Shown here: one piece after another, positions 14,184 to 26,000 of the stretch
Numbering within the stretch: the stretch's first letter is position 1
Layout: each line of letters begins with the position of its first letter
Origin: Lytechinus pictus
Taxonomy: Eukaryota
Assembly: GCF_037042905.1 (NCBI RefSeq)
Contig: NC_087251.1
Coordinates: 18,416,001-18,480,000 of the forward strand
DNA length: 64,000 nucleotides
Direction of reading: 5' to 3'
Notes under the pieces: model-generated
Told to the model about the DNA's origin: nothing
The model's database searches: none
What the model saw: only the letters and a program-made list of their open reading frames with translations
Translations under genes and position numbers: made by a program

Positions 14184-15994
14184 GATGATGATGATGGTGC
14201 TGATTCATGCTCATAAGAAAACTGATAATGCTTATAGTGATGCTAAGCATGCTTACATGTGCATTTATTTAAACTATAACAAAGACAACAATCACGGTGA
14301 CAATGGTGTTAATTTAGTTGATGATGATGATGATGATAAAAATCATGCTGCTGATGAAATGATTATAAGAAAAGTCAGAAGTGAATGTTTTCCTGTATAG
14401 TTGCTAGGGCCATTTCAAAGGTGTCCAAACATACATTATATAAGAAGGATACGCATGTAAATGTTTATCTTTGCTTTCAGTGCAATTAAAATGTTGCATA
14501 TTGAATCAAGATATATTTATCAATCCAGTTTAACAAGTACATATGATACCTGTTTATTGTATGAGTTGACATATATCTAGCTCTTAAGAGATCATAGTGA
14601 TGGTGGAAAGTGTAACAAAATTAATTTATGATTTCTGAATTTCTTTGCTTTTTAGTGATTCAAGAGAGAGAGGGATGCAAGTTAGTACAAAGGAAATCCT
14701 TGTGAAGCCAGACCTATGCAGTTCTGAAAAATGCTTCACTTGTGAAAAAGAGGTAACAGTGTTAAAATGAATTACATTTTAGTCATGTGGTTCTATTTCA
14801 TTATTAATTGCTATGATAAATTTTAATAGTTGGCTATTAGAGTGAAAATATGGGAATCAATGGGAATTAAATTTTAGTCATATCTTTTTGTTTTATCATT
14901 AATTACAATGGTAATTCTTAATTAATTCTTAGATATTTCATTTGCTATCTAATGTAAGCAGACATTTCACTCCATGACTCCATTACTTGACACATGTATA
15001 ATTTTTATATTCAAGCTATCACTATTCTCTACTACTACCTACTTGTATATCTGAACCAGATTATTGCTGACAGAACACTAAGAAATTCTGCAAAATGATA
15101 TTTAATTGTATTTATTTTTTTCTCCTACGTAGGAATGTCGAATTTGTTATAAATGTCTGTCACCCCCTCAGAGATTAATGCTACAAGATGCATTCCTTGA
15201 ACATAATAATAGGCAGAGTATGAGGAGAGTTTACCCAGTAGCTGTGGTAAGTTGGTTAAGCCTATCAAATTGGCAACAGTATAGACAATGAAGTTATGTT
15301 GTGAGAGTTGCCCTTCCCCTTACCCTGATTATATTGTAGTATAGTATGCATATCTGATGACATATAGCTTCGCAAGGTAAATTGAAATGATAGCCTCATG
15401 CTGATTGCATATTACTTGCAGAAAGAGTAATTTGACACTTCAATTTGTGAATCTTTTCTTTCTAATATAATAAAGAAGTGAAAAAAATGTTTGCACTCTT
15501 TATTATTGCTCTGCAAGAAAAATCCATCATGTTTTTGATAAAGAGACATTTCTATTTTCTATGTGTGTGAAGATAATGATGATTAAATAGCACTTTTAAA
15601 ACACTTAATTTGTTATGCTCACTTTTTTTAGGAATGAATTCCTGCCAGATCCCTATAAAACTTGCCTGGGTTGATTACAGCATAATATCAATGAATTTCT
15701 TGCTGAAGGAAATTGACCACCCCCCGGCTATGCAATTTCAAAATAGTCTGGGCTATATAGGGTTAATGTTTTACACTGTAGCCCCACACAATCACCAGCT
15801 GTCTGCATTGAATGCTATTATTATTTCTGTATTTGTGCCACTAACTTTCTTTTAAAAAAATGTTATCTTTTCAGGCACAAGATCACGCCAAGTACTATGA
15901 CATCACATCAGATGGAAGCCTCCATGAGAATGATCAGATCATGAGAGAATGGTTCATTGCAAAATGTGCCCAAGATTTATCATTTTGTCAGTGA
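6797..15994 (+). CDS. ttll15: Tubulin-tyrosine-ligase-family ATP-grasp protein, TTLL15/ttll-15-like, 518 aa, 12 coding exons, N-terminal signal anchor
   Basis: Exons 6797-7048, 7775-7930, 8705-8824, 9087-9162, 10207-10445, 11090-11168, 12679-12787, 13111-13177, 13758-13885, 14656-14752, 15133-15246, 15875-15994 join in frame (1557 nt with stop). TTL motifs VNHFPG..ITNK, WVQK...HRGI, FIQQYISKPYLIDGKKFDLG, FELMRFDFVLD, LMEVNMSP. Subfamily assignment is from recalled family features, not a search. Confidence 0.85.
7775..7930 (+). CDS. ttll15: TTLL15-like exon 2
   Basis: VNSGYLKHV...WDVLWAHDYPF...LKPYQK; AG/GT flanks. Confidence 0.88.
8207..8545. mobile_element. Internal fragment of the TTAA-flanked element family seen at 56541-57651
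   Basis: Colinear similarity (GTCGATGATGTCC..., CATGTTCAGGGAGG.ATTAATC, GCATACCGACCA.GATGTGCATA). Lacks the nested TA element. Confidence 0.7.
8705..8824 (+). CDS. ttll15: TTLL15-like exon 3
   Basis: VNHFPGTGFITNKVYLATS...AFLVE; AG/GT flanks. Confidence 0.9.
9087..9162 (+). CDS. ttll15: TTLL15-like exon 4
   Basis: TKQNPDTLWVQKSSSHRGIKVKSIA; phase 0 to 1. Confidence 0.85.
9228..9350. mobile_element. Short palindromic MITE (CCAAT core family)
   Basis: TIRs GGGGCCCGTTGCAGAAAGAGT / ACTCTTTCTGCAACAGGCCCC, CAG on both flanks, internal AGCCAATGA. Confidence 0.75.
10207..10445 (+). CDS. ttll15: TTLL15-like exon 5 (ATP-grasp core)
   Basis: FIQQYISKPYLIDGKKFDLGFYVTLTSVDPLRVY...RFC...KYVVGDDYTPVWK. 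Confidence 0.92.
11090..11168 (+). CDS. ttll15: TTLL15-like exon 6
   Basis: MPSLQKYYQEYNYNFMETMNGYWRSK; phase 0 to 1. Confidence 0.85.
11691..12268. mobile_element. Long-TIR non-autonomous element at a TTAA site (Kolobok-like termini)
   Basis: TTAA|AGGAAACCAAAACCCAAGAAGAGAAGCAATCTTATTGGAAA ... TTTCCAATAAGATTGCTTCTCTTCTTGGATTTTGGTTTCCT followed by TTTTAA. Inverted arms of about 230 bp. Confidence 0.8.
12679..12787 (+). CDS. ttll15: TTLL15-like exon 7
   Basis: EDPDKVYRQIYEAIRGVFVSKYPQLL...; phase 1 to 2. Confidence 0.85.
13111..13177 (+). CDS. ttll15: TTLL15-like exon 8
   Basis: VFFELMRFDFVLDEELNVFLME (conserved D and E). Confidence 0.92.
13758..13885 (+). CDS. ttll15: TTLL15-like exon 9
   Basis: VNMSPNLSSAHF...LYERVVYNVLS; completes the E-x-N motif. 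Confidence 0.92.
14003..14340. repeat. (GAT)n/(GGT)n trinucleotide microsatellite
   Basis: Direct reading; purest at 14075-14198. Confidence 0.9.
14656..14752 (+). CDS. ttll15: TTLL15-like exon 10
   Basis: DSRERGMQVSTKEILVKPDLCSSEKCFTCEKE. Confidence 0.85.
15133..15246 (+). CDS. ttll15: TTLL15-like exon 11
   Basis: ECRICYKCL...AFLEHNNRQSMRRVYPVAV. Confidence 0.87.
15875..15994 (+). CDS. ttll15: TTLL15-like last coding exon
   Basis: AQDHAKYY...NDQIMREWFIAKCAQDLSFCQ then TGA. Confidence 0.85.
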   Translation, partial: AQDHAKYYDITSDGSLHENDQIMREWFIAKCAQDLSFCQ

Positions 15995-18410
15995 TGGATA
16001 TTTGATCAACAAGCCAATTTCTGGAAATGCTGCAATAAGTACATAGACTTATCTTACAGTGGCTGATGCATACAAGGGATGTATTTATCTGCTAAAAGGG
16101 CCATGTGTCTTTCATATCACGAAGGCAAATCCATATAGGTGCTTTCAAGATGTTTTGCAATATTAAAAGGCATGTCTGTGCCTGGGCCAATTTCTCTAGA
16201 CTTTAATCAATTTGCTTTTGGCCAATCAAGATGCATAATTTTAATATTACAGTAGCTGGTACTACTGATGTGTTATTGATTAAAGTTTTCATGAAACAGG
16301 GCAAGAGGGGGGAGGGGTGGATATAAAGCTCCAATGAAATTTCCTCTGTTGTTCCTGTTCAGTCATACTCTATTGATTTAAATCATTTTGATGCCATGAT
16401 GGAATTCATGTACCCATTAAACCATAAGAGTGAATGAACTGTCTATTGATTATGTTGCTATTGCATATTAATACAGGGTATAACAAAATAAATCATATTC
16501 TCATAATCATATTAAATTTCTGTCAGAAAAATAAAAAATGTATCTATATTTTCATTATTTTTGTTGTGTGTTTGTGTAGGGTGAGGGTCTCACTTGCACA
16601 TTCTTATTCAGTTTGTACCTTGTATACGTATATCACTCGAATGCACTTACATATATGTCTCTCCTGCAAATAGATAATCATTCTATGCAGTTTTCATTAT
16701 TATTTTTAGTGAGAATGTGCATTTTCTCACTAATGATTGCACCGCCAAATGATGATATTGTATATAAAGTTTTTACCTAAAAGTAAAGAGTAGATGAGTT
16801 CTGATTGGAATAATCAGGTGTGTCATCATTGGATGTTTAAAAAGAAAATACAAAGAGCAACTTCTCAGTTGAGCTGCATAAAAGGGACCTCAATTTTTCA
16901 TGTCATTTAATGCTATTTTATAATCTTGAAGTAGAATTTGAAATGTAATTTCATTTTGCCTTTATGCTGTAAAAGTAAAACTACCTCCTCCTACAATAGC
17001 AAGTAGGATAGTTGACACATATTCCTTCACAGAAATGTATGGTTGACTTTTTTTGTAGTGTGAAAGAAAAATTAAACTCTTTCAAGTAGACATGCATGAT
17101 TTGATTTTGGGATTTTTTAAAAGAGGAAATCAAAATTACATACAAGGTGCAGGGAAGAGTGAGACTTTATAAAATTTTGTTTTTTATTCTTTTTTAATCT
17201 TATGAGAATTACACTTTTTTCATGAATTGTATCCAATAAAAAAAAGGTTATAATTTACAGTTTTATATACCCTTGGTACTTTAAAAAATACTACAATTGG
17301 AGATATGTGTTAAAATGAGGCATGTTGCCTGAGCATAGGGAGAATATGAGACCATGTAAAACATATATATTTCATTGTGGAATCTGGTATACTCTTAATA
17401 TAAGTATTCAATATTTTTCTCTGAATTGCCAATGTGTTATTTTATGATGATATTCTGTTTTCTTACTGAAATTGAAAAAGCAATGGGAAAGTTTTACATA
17501 GATCCAGATTTCTTGCCAAAATTTAAATGTAAAATGATTGGTAAAACAAAATATGATGGCATAATAAGTTGACTTGTCAGAAGGAAGAGAATATTAAAGT
17601 GTGTATGGATAACAACAGTAAAAGATGTAAATGGTGCTTTGTGAGGTAAATGGGTACCAAGGTGAGGTAAATTGGTACTGGCAGGAAGTAATTCCTAAAA
17701 AAAGCTGTGAGCACCGGAATCGGTAGACTAGCTTAGCTGGTGGTCTGGTTTATAGATTCAATTTAAAAAAAAAACTTTATTTTAACTAGTATTCTCCCAA
17801 AGGGTTGCCAAATTTCACAGATGTGTCATAAACCATATTTACAGAAAGCTGTATGCATCTATAAGAATGGCTCCAGATATTTTAGCCATTGCCATACCTC
17901 ACACATGATTACATGTTTAAAAAATTGTGTGCTTTTGTGTAGAATATAATAGGTGACAATCTTTGCAAATATATGCCCTGTAAGTATGAACCAAAGTACT
18001 ATTTTCTAATGCAGTAGGCCTTAGTTTTGTACAAGTTCACACTGAATGTACTATTCTATATGTAGATTTTAGTGTATGATGTGTCCCATGTATGTTTAAT
18101 TTTTAATAAGTGTGTTTTCTTGCAATTTTCTCAATTTTATCACTTTCTTTGACCATACTTGTATTGTGTATTTATGCAAATCTATTACAGATCTTATATT
18201 TGTATCATGTACCCTGAAGTGTCAACTAATTAATGACAGGGAAATTGCTCCTCCGTCATTTTTTTGATGTGTAGTTCTACTTGTGATGTAGAATACCATT
18301 TGTATAAAATATTTTTTTGTAGATTTTTTTCTTTCCCTCAGTTGTTTGTATAAATCAGTACTCTGTTGTAAGAAACAATTTACATTGTTGAAATGTTTGT
18401 ACATCTGTTG

Positions 18411-18416
18411 AATAAA
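18411..18416 (+). terminator. Candidate poly(A) signal of the TTLL15-like gene
   Basis: AATAAA after a U/GU-rich UTR-like stretch and followed by GT-rich sequence. Earlier AATAAA hexamers also exist. Confidence 0.4.
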
Positions 18417-19696
18417 GTTTATTGAAACCCAGATTAGTGTTTTGAATAGATTTTGTTTCATATGATTTCAATTAAAGTTGTAGTCCAGGCTAAAGACAAT
18501 ATGAATTGAACAGCTAAAAAAAATCTGACAAAGTCCTGAGGATTTCACCAAAATTGGACAAGGAATAACAAAGTTAGATGACATTTTGAATATTTGCATA
18601 ATTTTGGTGAAACAGTTCTTGCATGCATTCTTCTTGAATGAGCAAACTGATGTCAGATCTCCTATTGTTCGTTTGTATTTTATTTTATGAAATCATGTTT
18701 ACCGGCCGATGATATTCAAATTTTGTCCTGTGTAAAAAGATTGGATTGTGGATTAGCAACGGATTTTGATGCATATTAGATATTTATTGCTACAATTTCA
18801 TGTAATAAGTAAAAAAGAAAGTGTAGTATTCATGATGATGTACATGTAGATCGATTTAACTGATTTGAGTAAAATATTGCTTTTGAATTCAATAACTTTT
18901 ATATTATCAGATTTTGATGAAATTTTCAGCATTTATACATATATACATATACACACATATATATATCCCGGATATATATATATATGTGTGTGTGTGTGTG
19001 CATGTGTGTACATGTATATGGTCAAAGTGTGTAGGCGATTCTTTAGAACACTGTGTGCTGAACTCTCATCAAAAGAATACATAGTTAATTGGTGTTTAAG
19101 TAGAGTTACATTCGTCATTCGGGACCAACAAATAAAAATGAAAAATAAATAACCCTGGGCTTATACTAGCCTTTGGTCAACTGTATGGGGGTAAGGCGTT
19201 AATCAAATTTTTAAAGATTGGATTGCATTCTTAAAATATTTGAATTTCAAAACTACCCAGAACCACACACAAAAAGTTCGTTTTCATGACAGACTACTTC
19301 TGAAAACAATCCATAATCATTGAGCTCTGAGATATAGAGATAACCCCCAAAATAACCATCGAGCTAGCTGAGCTAGCAATCTACCGCTAGCGCGAATGCT
19401 GCATATGCATGATCTAGCTAGCTCGCTCATAGAGATACTATACTAATAGCTCTAGCAAAGATTAGCGGATGCCATAAATGCGTGCAGCGCATAGTTATCA
19501 CCCAATATAAATTCTACCCTAATTCTATTCGACATGTACTGAGAAAAACTAGAAGAATAAAAGGGGAAAGGAGGAACTATGGTAAATTCGACAGGCCCTA
19601 AGTTCTAGCTTTATTTCATGTACTTTAGTCAATGATATTCCCATGTTTCTTTTTTCTTTTTACTTTCTTCTTTAGCTGCAAGAATGTTCATTCAGA

Positions 19697-19742
19697 GTTG
19701 AAAACATAGAGATATATACTAACATATATCTATGGTTGAAAA
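19697..19742. mobile_element. 30-bp TIR remnant between 8-bp duplications (P-element-like footprint)
   Basis: GTTGAAAA|CATAGAGATATATACTAACATATATCTATG|GTTGAAAA. Confidence 0.65.
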
Positions 19743-19907
19743 TGACTAGAAATGGAGGTCGAATGTATGGATGTGATACCGTATTTAGGTTGGATGATAC
19801 GCGTACGGTACCCAGACGATTCGATCGACTGTGGCCTGTGGTGAACTTTCAATCAGCCCATTCGTGTCTGTATTTTCTCTGAAAAGAAAATTAAAAGAAG
19901 ATACAAA

Positions 19908-20021
19908 ATGTCGGGAGTTGCAAGGACTTTGGTACTCCGTACTGCTCCATTTGTAAGGACCAACCTCATTCAAACACGAGGGATTAGAAGTGCACCTCCC
20001 AAAACACCTCTAACATTAATG
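19908..20021 (+). CDS. cox8: COX8 exon 1 (mitochondrial targeting peptide)
   Basis: AAAATG start context, 38 codons, donor GTAAGA. Confidence 0.85.
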
Positions 20022-23000
20022 GTAAGAATTACTAAGTAAGATCGCTAATCCGAGTCATTTGTCTTGCAAAAATGCAAATGCAAGTTGCAATGTCTTAGTT
20101 ACTTGTGAAGTTGTGTGAATAACTGAATTCAATGCAAGTTGAATGTTGAGTTAGAAATGAAATGAGCCTGAGCTGCAAGCTGAGCCCCGACCTAAGTAAC
20201 TAACACAGACATGAAACAGAATTTGACAGAAGTAACAATAAAAACATGCTGCAGTGCATGTGTGGGTCTAGGCCCTACTTCAAAATTTTGACTTGAAATT
20301 TCTTTCAAATTCAATTTTAATTTTATTATTCGTTATTGGAGAACACCACACAAGCATGACATTGACAAGTGCGCTCAAAATCCTGCAAATGATTGACACG
20401 TTAAAAGAAGATTCAGGGCGACCAGATTTCACAAAATGAAAGAGGGACTTGGGGAAAGTGAAGGAAAAATTAAAAGAAAGTTAGAATAAAAGGATGAAAG
20501 AAAGAATAAAAGGGAGAAAAAAGATTTTTGTCATTCTTTGAAATTAATATAGAAAGAAAGGAAGGGAAGATGAATAAATGTGTGAAAGAAAAAATAAAGG
20601 AGAGAAACTAGAATTAGAAAGGAAAAAAAAGAAAGTAAAAAAAGGGGGAAAGACAAATGTTTCCTTCATTCTTTGAAAGAAAGAAACAAGTATGAAGAGA
20701 ATAAAAAATAAGGGGAAAGAATTAGAAGGAAAAAGTAAAAGAAAGAATGAAAGAGAGGGGGGAAAGAATGAAAAGAAGAAAATAATGGAAGGAGAGGAAG
20801 AGAGAAGGAAGCAAAAAAAGTTTAAGGAAAGAAAGAATGAATGAAATAAAAGAAATTTGAAAAAGGAAAGTAAGAGAAAGAAGGAAATTAACACAGAGGG
20901 AGGGAAAGTATCAGGAAAAAAGATGGGAAATAAAGATAGATTGAAAAAAAAGGGCAAGCAGGAAGGATAGAAAAAAAAAGAAAGAGGAAAAAAATTCAAA
21001 CTTCAAGCAAACAAAAAAAATCCAATCATCCAACAAAAATTCTAATGATATTTGGTGATTTTTTAATAGGTTCTTAAACTTTTGAAGAACTTAGATGTTT
21101 TAGAAATGAATAAAAATTTAAAAGTAAAACATCAGATGAAACATCGCGGCATCATACACAGCCTCACAGGCATCTCTCCCATCCCATTACAAGTTCGCAG
21201 CTGAAACAACTAGATCTAGTTATGAAAACTCAATAACTTGTTCCTCCGATTACATCTTCAAATCAGTAATCTGAGAATCCATGATATAATTATAAAAATT
21301 TCTCGCCAATTTTGTGAATATTTTGGTGGAAAAACTGTTTATCATGTGAGGTTGTTTGCACCATTGAGAATTTGCTCCGATCCTACATGCCTAGCTAGTA
21401 GCCTGCCACACACAGGTAGGAGGCCAGTTCGTTTGCAATGTATTTGGTTAGCAAGAAAATCACAGCAGAATTTGAAAAGTTTACAGATATCGATTTTATT
21501 GTTGTCTCTGCTTTGTCATCTGTTGGTTATTTGATAAAAAAAATGTCACTTTTAAATGTATTAACTATATTTTGTTCAATATTCTGAAATACGGGATAAA
21601 AGGGCGTCCCGGGAAGGGTTTGTCGGGACACTAGGACAAAGGAGCAACATACGGGACGATCCCGGGAAATATGGGACGTCTGGTCACTTGTGACAATGGA
21701 CGGAGATGAAATTGTGATATTTTTACTGAGATAGAGCCTGACTCTGACTTACATTTTTCACAAAATCAATCATATTTATCAAACAAATAGTTTTCTTATA
21801 ATTCATCAAACTTCAACCACATTACACAAATACCAAATTGTATAGTTGTTGTGTGTCCGGACGATTGCTTTTAAACAATTAGATTTAGGCCAACCAACAC
21901 TTTAGTTTGAGTTTAATTGTTGGCATCCACAGAATTTTCAAAGACAAGACAAACAGCCTTTTGAAAAAGTTAAGAAGCATACATTAAGTTTCATCAATTT
22001 TAATCTTAGGCAATATTAAAGAGCATTAAACTGATTAATTGAATTCATACATGTATTTTGTGCAATTCAAAGAAAAAAAAGAAGGCTTCAAATTTTTAAG
22101 CGTCCGGACACCGCCCCCCCCCCCCCCCCATCCTAAAGGTTTTGCAAAGATCAGTTTTCTTTTTTTTAACGAAATATTAGCTTCTGATCACACCATTGTT
22201 TGTGTATGAAATAGTTTGGTCGCTTGAAAATTGTATCATATTACCAAGCATGTGTTTTTCTGTGGGATAAGTTTGGAAATTCACAAAATCACTGAAAAGC
22301 TATTTTGACCATTTGTTGCTGCTGCTCTGAGAAAATTAAAAACTCTGAAAATGTGTTTTTGCCCTTTGTCATCTTTCTATTCAAATTCCCTGGGCTTTGG
22401 AAGGATTTTGCAAAGTTTGAAGCATAAATGTGCAATCTCTCACTATACTACCTCAAGTGAGGGTTCGTGTAGGCTCCACTACACTTCACTACACCTACCC
22501 GAACCCTCAAGGTACATAACTCGCTCTGATGCTCCAAGTAACAAAGCTGTCACTTTATGGACTTTATGAGGGTAAAACATAAAACTCATGTGACAAAATG
22601 ACCTTACTATTGGTACATAATATTCTTACATTTCATTCTAATTTCACTCCGTGTCCATCCTCCGATCAGTCTCATAATGGGTGATTTAGAGCCAGACTTA
22701 GCAGTTTTACTCACACGTATCTGCCGATTTCAAGACATTGCAAAGGCAAATTGCACATGCGTGGGCATCGCAGCTCAAGATCAAGAATATTTACAAGTAT
22801 TCTTATACTGTAGATCGAGATCTGATAGATGAATATGCAAAATTTAGCGAAATGATCCCGATCTATAGGAATACTCCTGAATATTCATGATCTTGAGCTG
22901 CGATCCCCGCACATGCGCGAAATTGTGTTTGTGATGATTTGAAATCGGCAGTGAATTAATACGTGTGAGGAAACTGCTACTGACTCTAATTCTCCAATTT

Positions 23001-26000
23001 TGAGACTGATCAGAGGATAGACGCAGAGTGAAATTAGAATGAAATGTAAGAATATTTGTTGTGAACCCATTGTAAGGTCATTTTGTCGTATGAATTTATG
23101 TTTTACCAACATAAAGTGACACCTTTGTCACTTGGAATTATCAGGGCGAGTTAAGTACCTTGAGGGTTTGGGTAGGTGTAGCGGTAGTGAAGTGTAGTGG
23201 AGCCTACATGTACACGAACCCTCACTTGAGGTATCTCTATACATGTACATGTAGATCTATGCAGTGTACTAGTGAAGTGTAACACTCACTCAATAAACAA
23301 GGTTATGATATATTACGGAAAGCTTTGTTCTCTGTTACTACTTTCTTTGTGGGGAAGTACGGTTGGCATTGTTTGGCTTATATTTGGCTCTTAAGTATGG
23401 TAAATTTACTTTTAATTATTTTTCAAAATTAAAAATGACAATTTTCTTGAAATTTTACTTTCCAACAATACATAGAGGGCCTACACAAAAATTTGCCCCA
23501 GATTCAAGTTTTTGAGCACTCTGGTGAATACAATAATGATTCCCAAGTTACTAATGAAAAATAAATTGCAACTGTATGGAAATGAGTATTTTTGGTTTTA
23601 AGTGGTATTTTATTTAATGATTTTTTTTAAAGTGTGTTGTATACTCCATATACCTAGGCCTACATGTACATGTAGATTCTTCACAGGAAGTGTGGTCGCA
23701 CTTGCAGTGAACAAGTGTCTGATAATAATATTACATTTATAGAGCGCTTTATATCGAAATCTCTAAGCACTTTAGACTTATTGAATTATGATAATTTATA
23801 TTCTACATTATTATGTTAACATTAAATATACATTACATGACATATCATTACAAAGTATAATACTATGGAATTAAACTACACTATATTATTAAACTACATG
23901 TACATCAAATACTGTACAACAATGAAAACTACAAAAGTTAGAATAGATAGGTTTTGACAGATTTCTTGAAATTGGCTATTGAGGTTGTTACACGTAGTTG
24001 GGGAGGTAGAGAGTTCCAGAAATATGATGCGAGATTGGTGAAGGCATGTTCTCCAGAGTAGTTGGTATTGACTCTGGGAGTTTGGAGAAGGTGGTTTAGA
24101 TTGGCCGACCTTAGATTTCTGTTTGGTACATAGAAATTGATGAGGTGTGAGATGTAGGAAGGAGAGTTACCATTCAATGCTTTGAAGACTAAGAGAAGGA
24201 TTTTGTACTGGATACACAGATGAATAGGAAGCCAATGGAGAGAGAGAAGAAGAGGTGTAAAGCGCTCATGTTTGCAGGCCTTTACGACTATCCTTGTAGC
24301 AATATTCTGAACTCGCTGAAGTTTCTTTAATCACTGAGTCAGGTAAATATCCAAGCAGTGTATTGGACTATTGGATGAGTCCAACCTCGAATGCATGCAC
24401 AAGCATTTCTGCAGTACGCTGATCAAGGTAGTCACGAATGCCTCCTATCTTCCAAAGGGCTGCCTTAGCTGAACTACACATTCTATTTACATGGGCCTTC
24501 ATGGTAAAATGTTCATCAGTCGTGGCTCTGGGGTTTTTGGCAACTGCTCTACTGGGTACATGTATCTCTTCCCTTCCTACGTGAATGCTGACATCTGGAC
24601 AACACCTCAAATAGAACTTTGAGATGAAATGTATTACATGTACCTCTGTTTTCTCGTCATTCATAGTCAGTTTGTTATTTGCAGACCATGCTTGGATATC
24701 CGAGAGACAATTGTTGAGTCTAGCAATGGCGGTGTCTCTCTCATCAGAATTGAAAAAGCTGTAAATTTGGGTATCATCTGCGTAAAACATGGATTCCATG
24801 TTATGGGCACGAATGATGTCCTGAATTGGTGCGATATAGAGGGTGAAGAGGAGGGAGCCTATCACCAATCCCTGCAGGACTCCACATTCATCATCAACTT
24901 TTTTTGATACAGCATTTCCAATTTTTACTGTATGACTGCGGCCATTCAGATAAGATTGAAACCAGCCAAGGACACTTCCGGAAAATGCAAAGCGTTGAGA
25001 TAGTCTATCAATTAGGATTGAATGGTCTATAGTATCAAAAGCAGACGAATAGTCCAAAAGGACTAGTATGGCTTCCTTCTTTTGATCAAGTGCTAAAAGG
25101 ATATCATTCTGTATGGGGAGGAGGGCTGTTTCAATGCTGTGATGTGGTCGATACGCAGATTGTGTCTCTGCGTATAGGTCGTGGACAAGTAGATGGTCTT
25201 GAATGTGCGTAATGACTGCCCTTTCAGCTATCTTGCTTATATAGCTGATGTTTGAAATTGGCCGGTAGCTTAAAAAGTTGCTCAGCAGGCAGAGAAGACT
25301 TTCAGTCGTGGGACCATGATGGACTTCTTCATATCCGACTGTACGATACCAGACTGAAGGCTCAAATTAACTTTGTGACTGGAGGAATGAGTTCAGGCAG
25401 GCATCTTTTAATGAGAGATGTAGGCAGAGCATCAAGGTCACACGTGAATGATGATGTAGATTTGATGATTCGCTTGATCTCTTCCTCTTGAACCAAATCA
25501 AACTCATCGAAGTTTAGACCGATGGGTTCGGGAATATCGACTGACAGTCTTTCATTTCTCTTAGCTTTCAGATGACTCTTCAGATTTCTTATCAATTGCA
25601 AGACGAAATCAGCAAATATGTTTGCAAGTTCACTTGCACAGTGATGTTCCGGAAGAACAGGTGTTATATCAGGGGATGTATTAGGTGATCATTGATACGA
25701 AATAGATGCCTTTGATCCGAGTCCAAAATCTTGTTTTGAAAGTGATGGACTCTGGTTTCTTTCAGGAGATCATTGTAGGCCTTGCACTTTTCAGCATAGA
25801 TGTCTTTATCAACCTGGAGTGAAGTCTTCATCATTTTCCTCTCTTGGCGTGTGCGCAGTTGCTTGGAATTTGGGAGAGTATTCGTGTACCAAGGGGCATG
25901 GGGTCTGAGAATGACCTCTCTCTCACCCTATAGGAGCATGGTCTTCAAGAATGTGTAGTGTAGTTCTGAAACCCCAACAACAAGGTGTCCCATTTTATCC

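Noticed and set aside
13948..14400. Poly-His and poly-Met/Val ORFs
   Set aside because: Translation of an intronic (GAT/GGT)n microsatellite.
15992..16069. Selenocysteine or readthrough at the TTLL15-like TGA
   Set aside because: The frame stays open for only about 24 codons, I could not identify a SECIS, and the protein ends plausibly at the Cys-containing motif.
20544..20999. 151-aa Phe-rich ORF
   Set aside because: Low-complexity purine tract read on the minus strand.
24368..25057. Functional or domesticated reverse transcriptase gene
   Set aside because: Frameshifts, stops, a degraded GVPQG motif and 5' truncation indicate a dead LINE copy.
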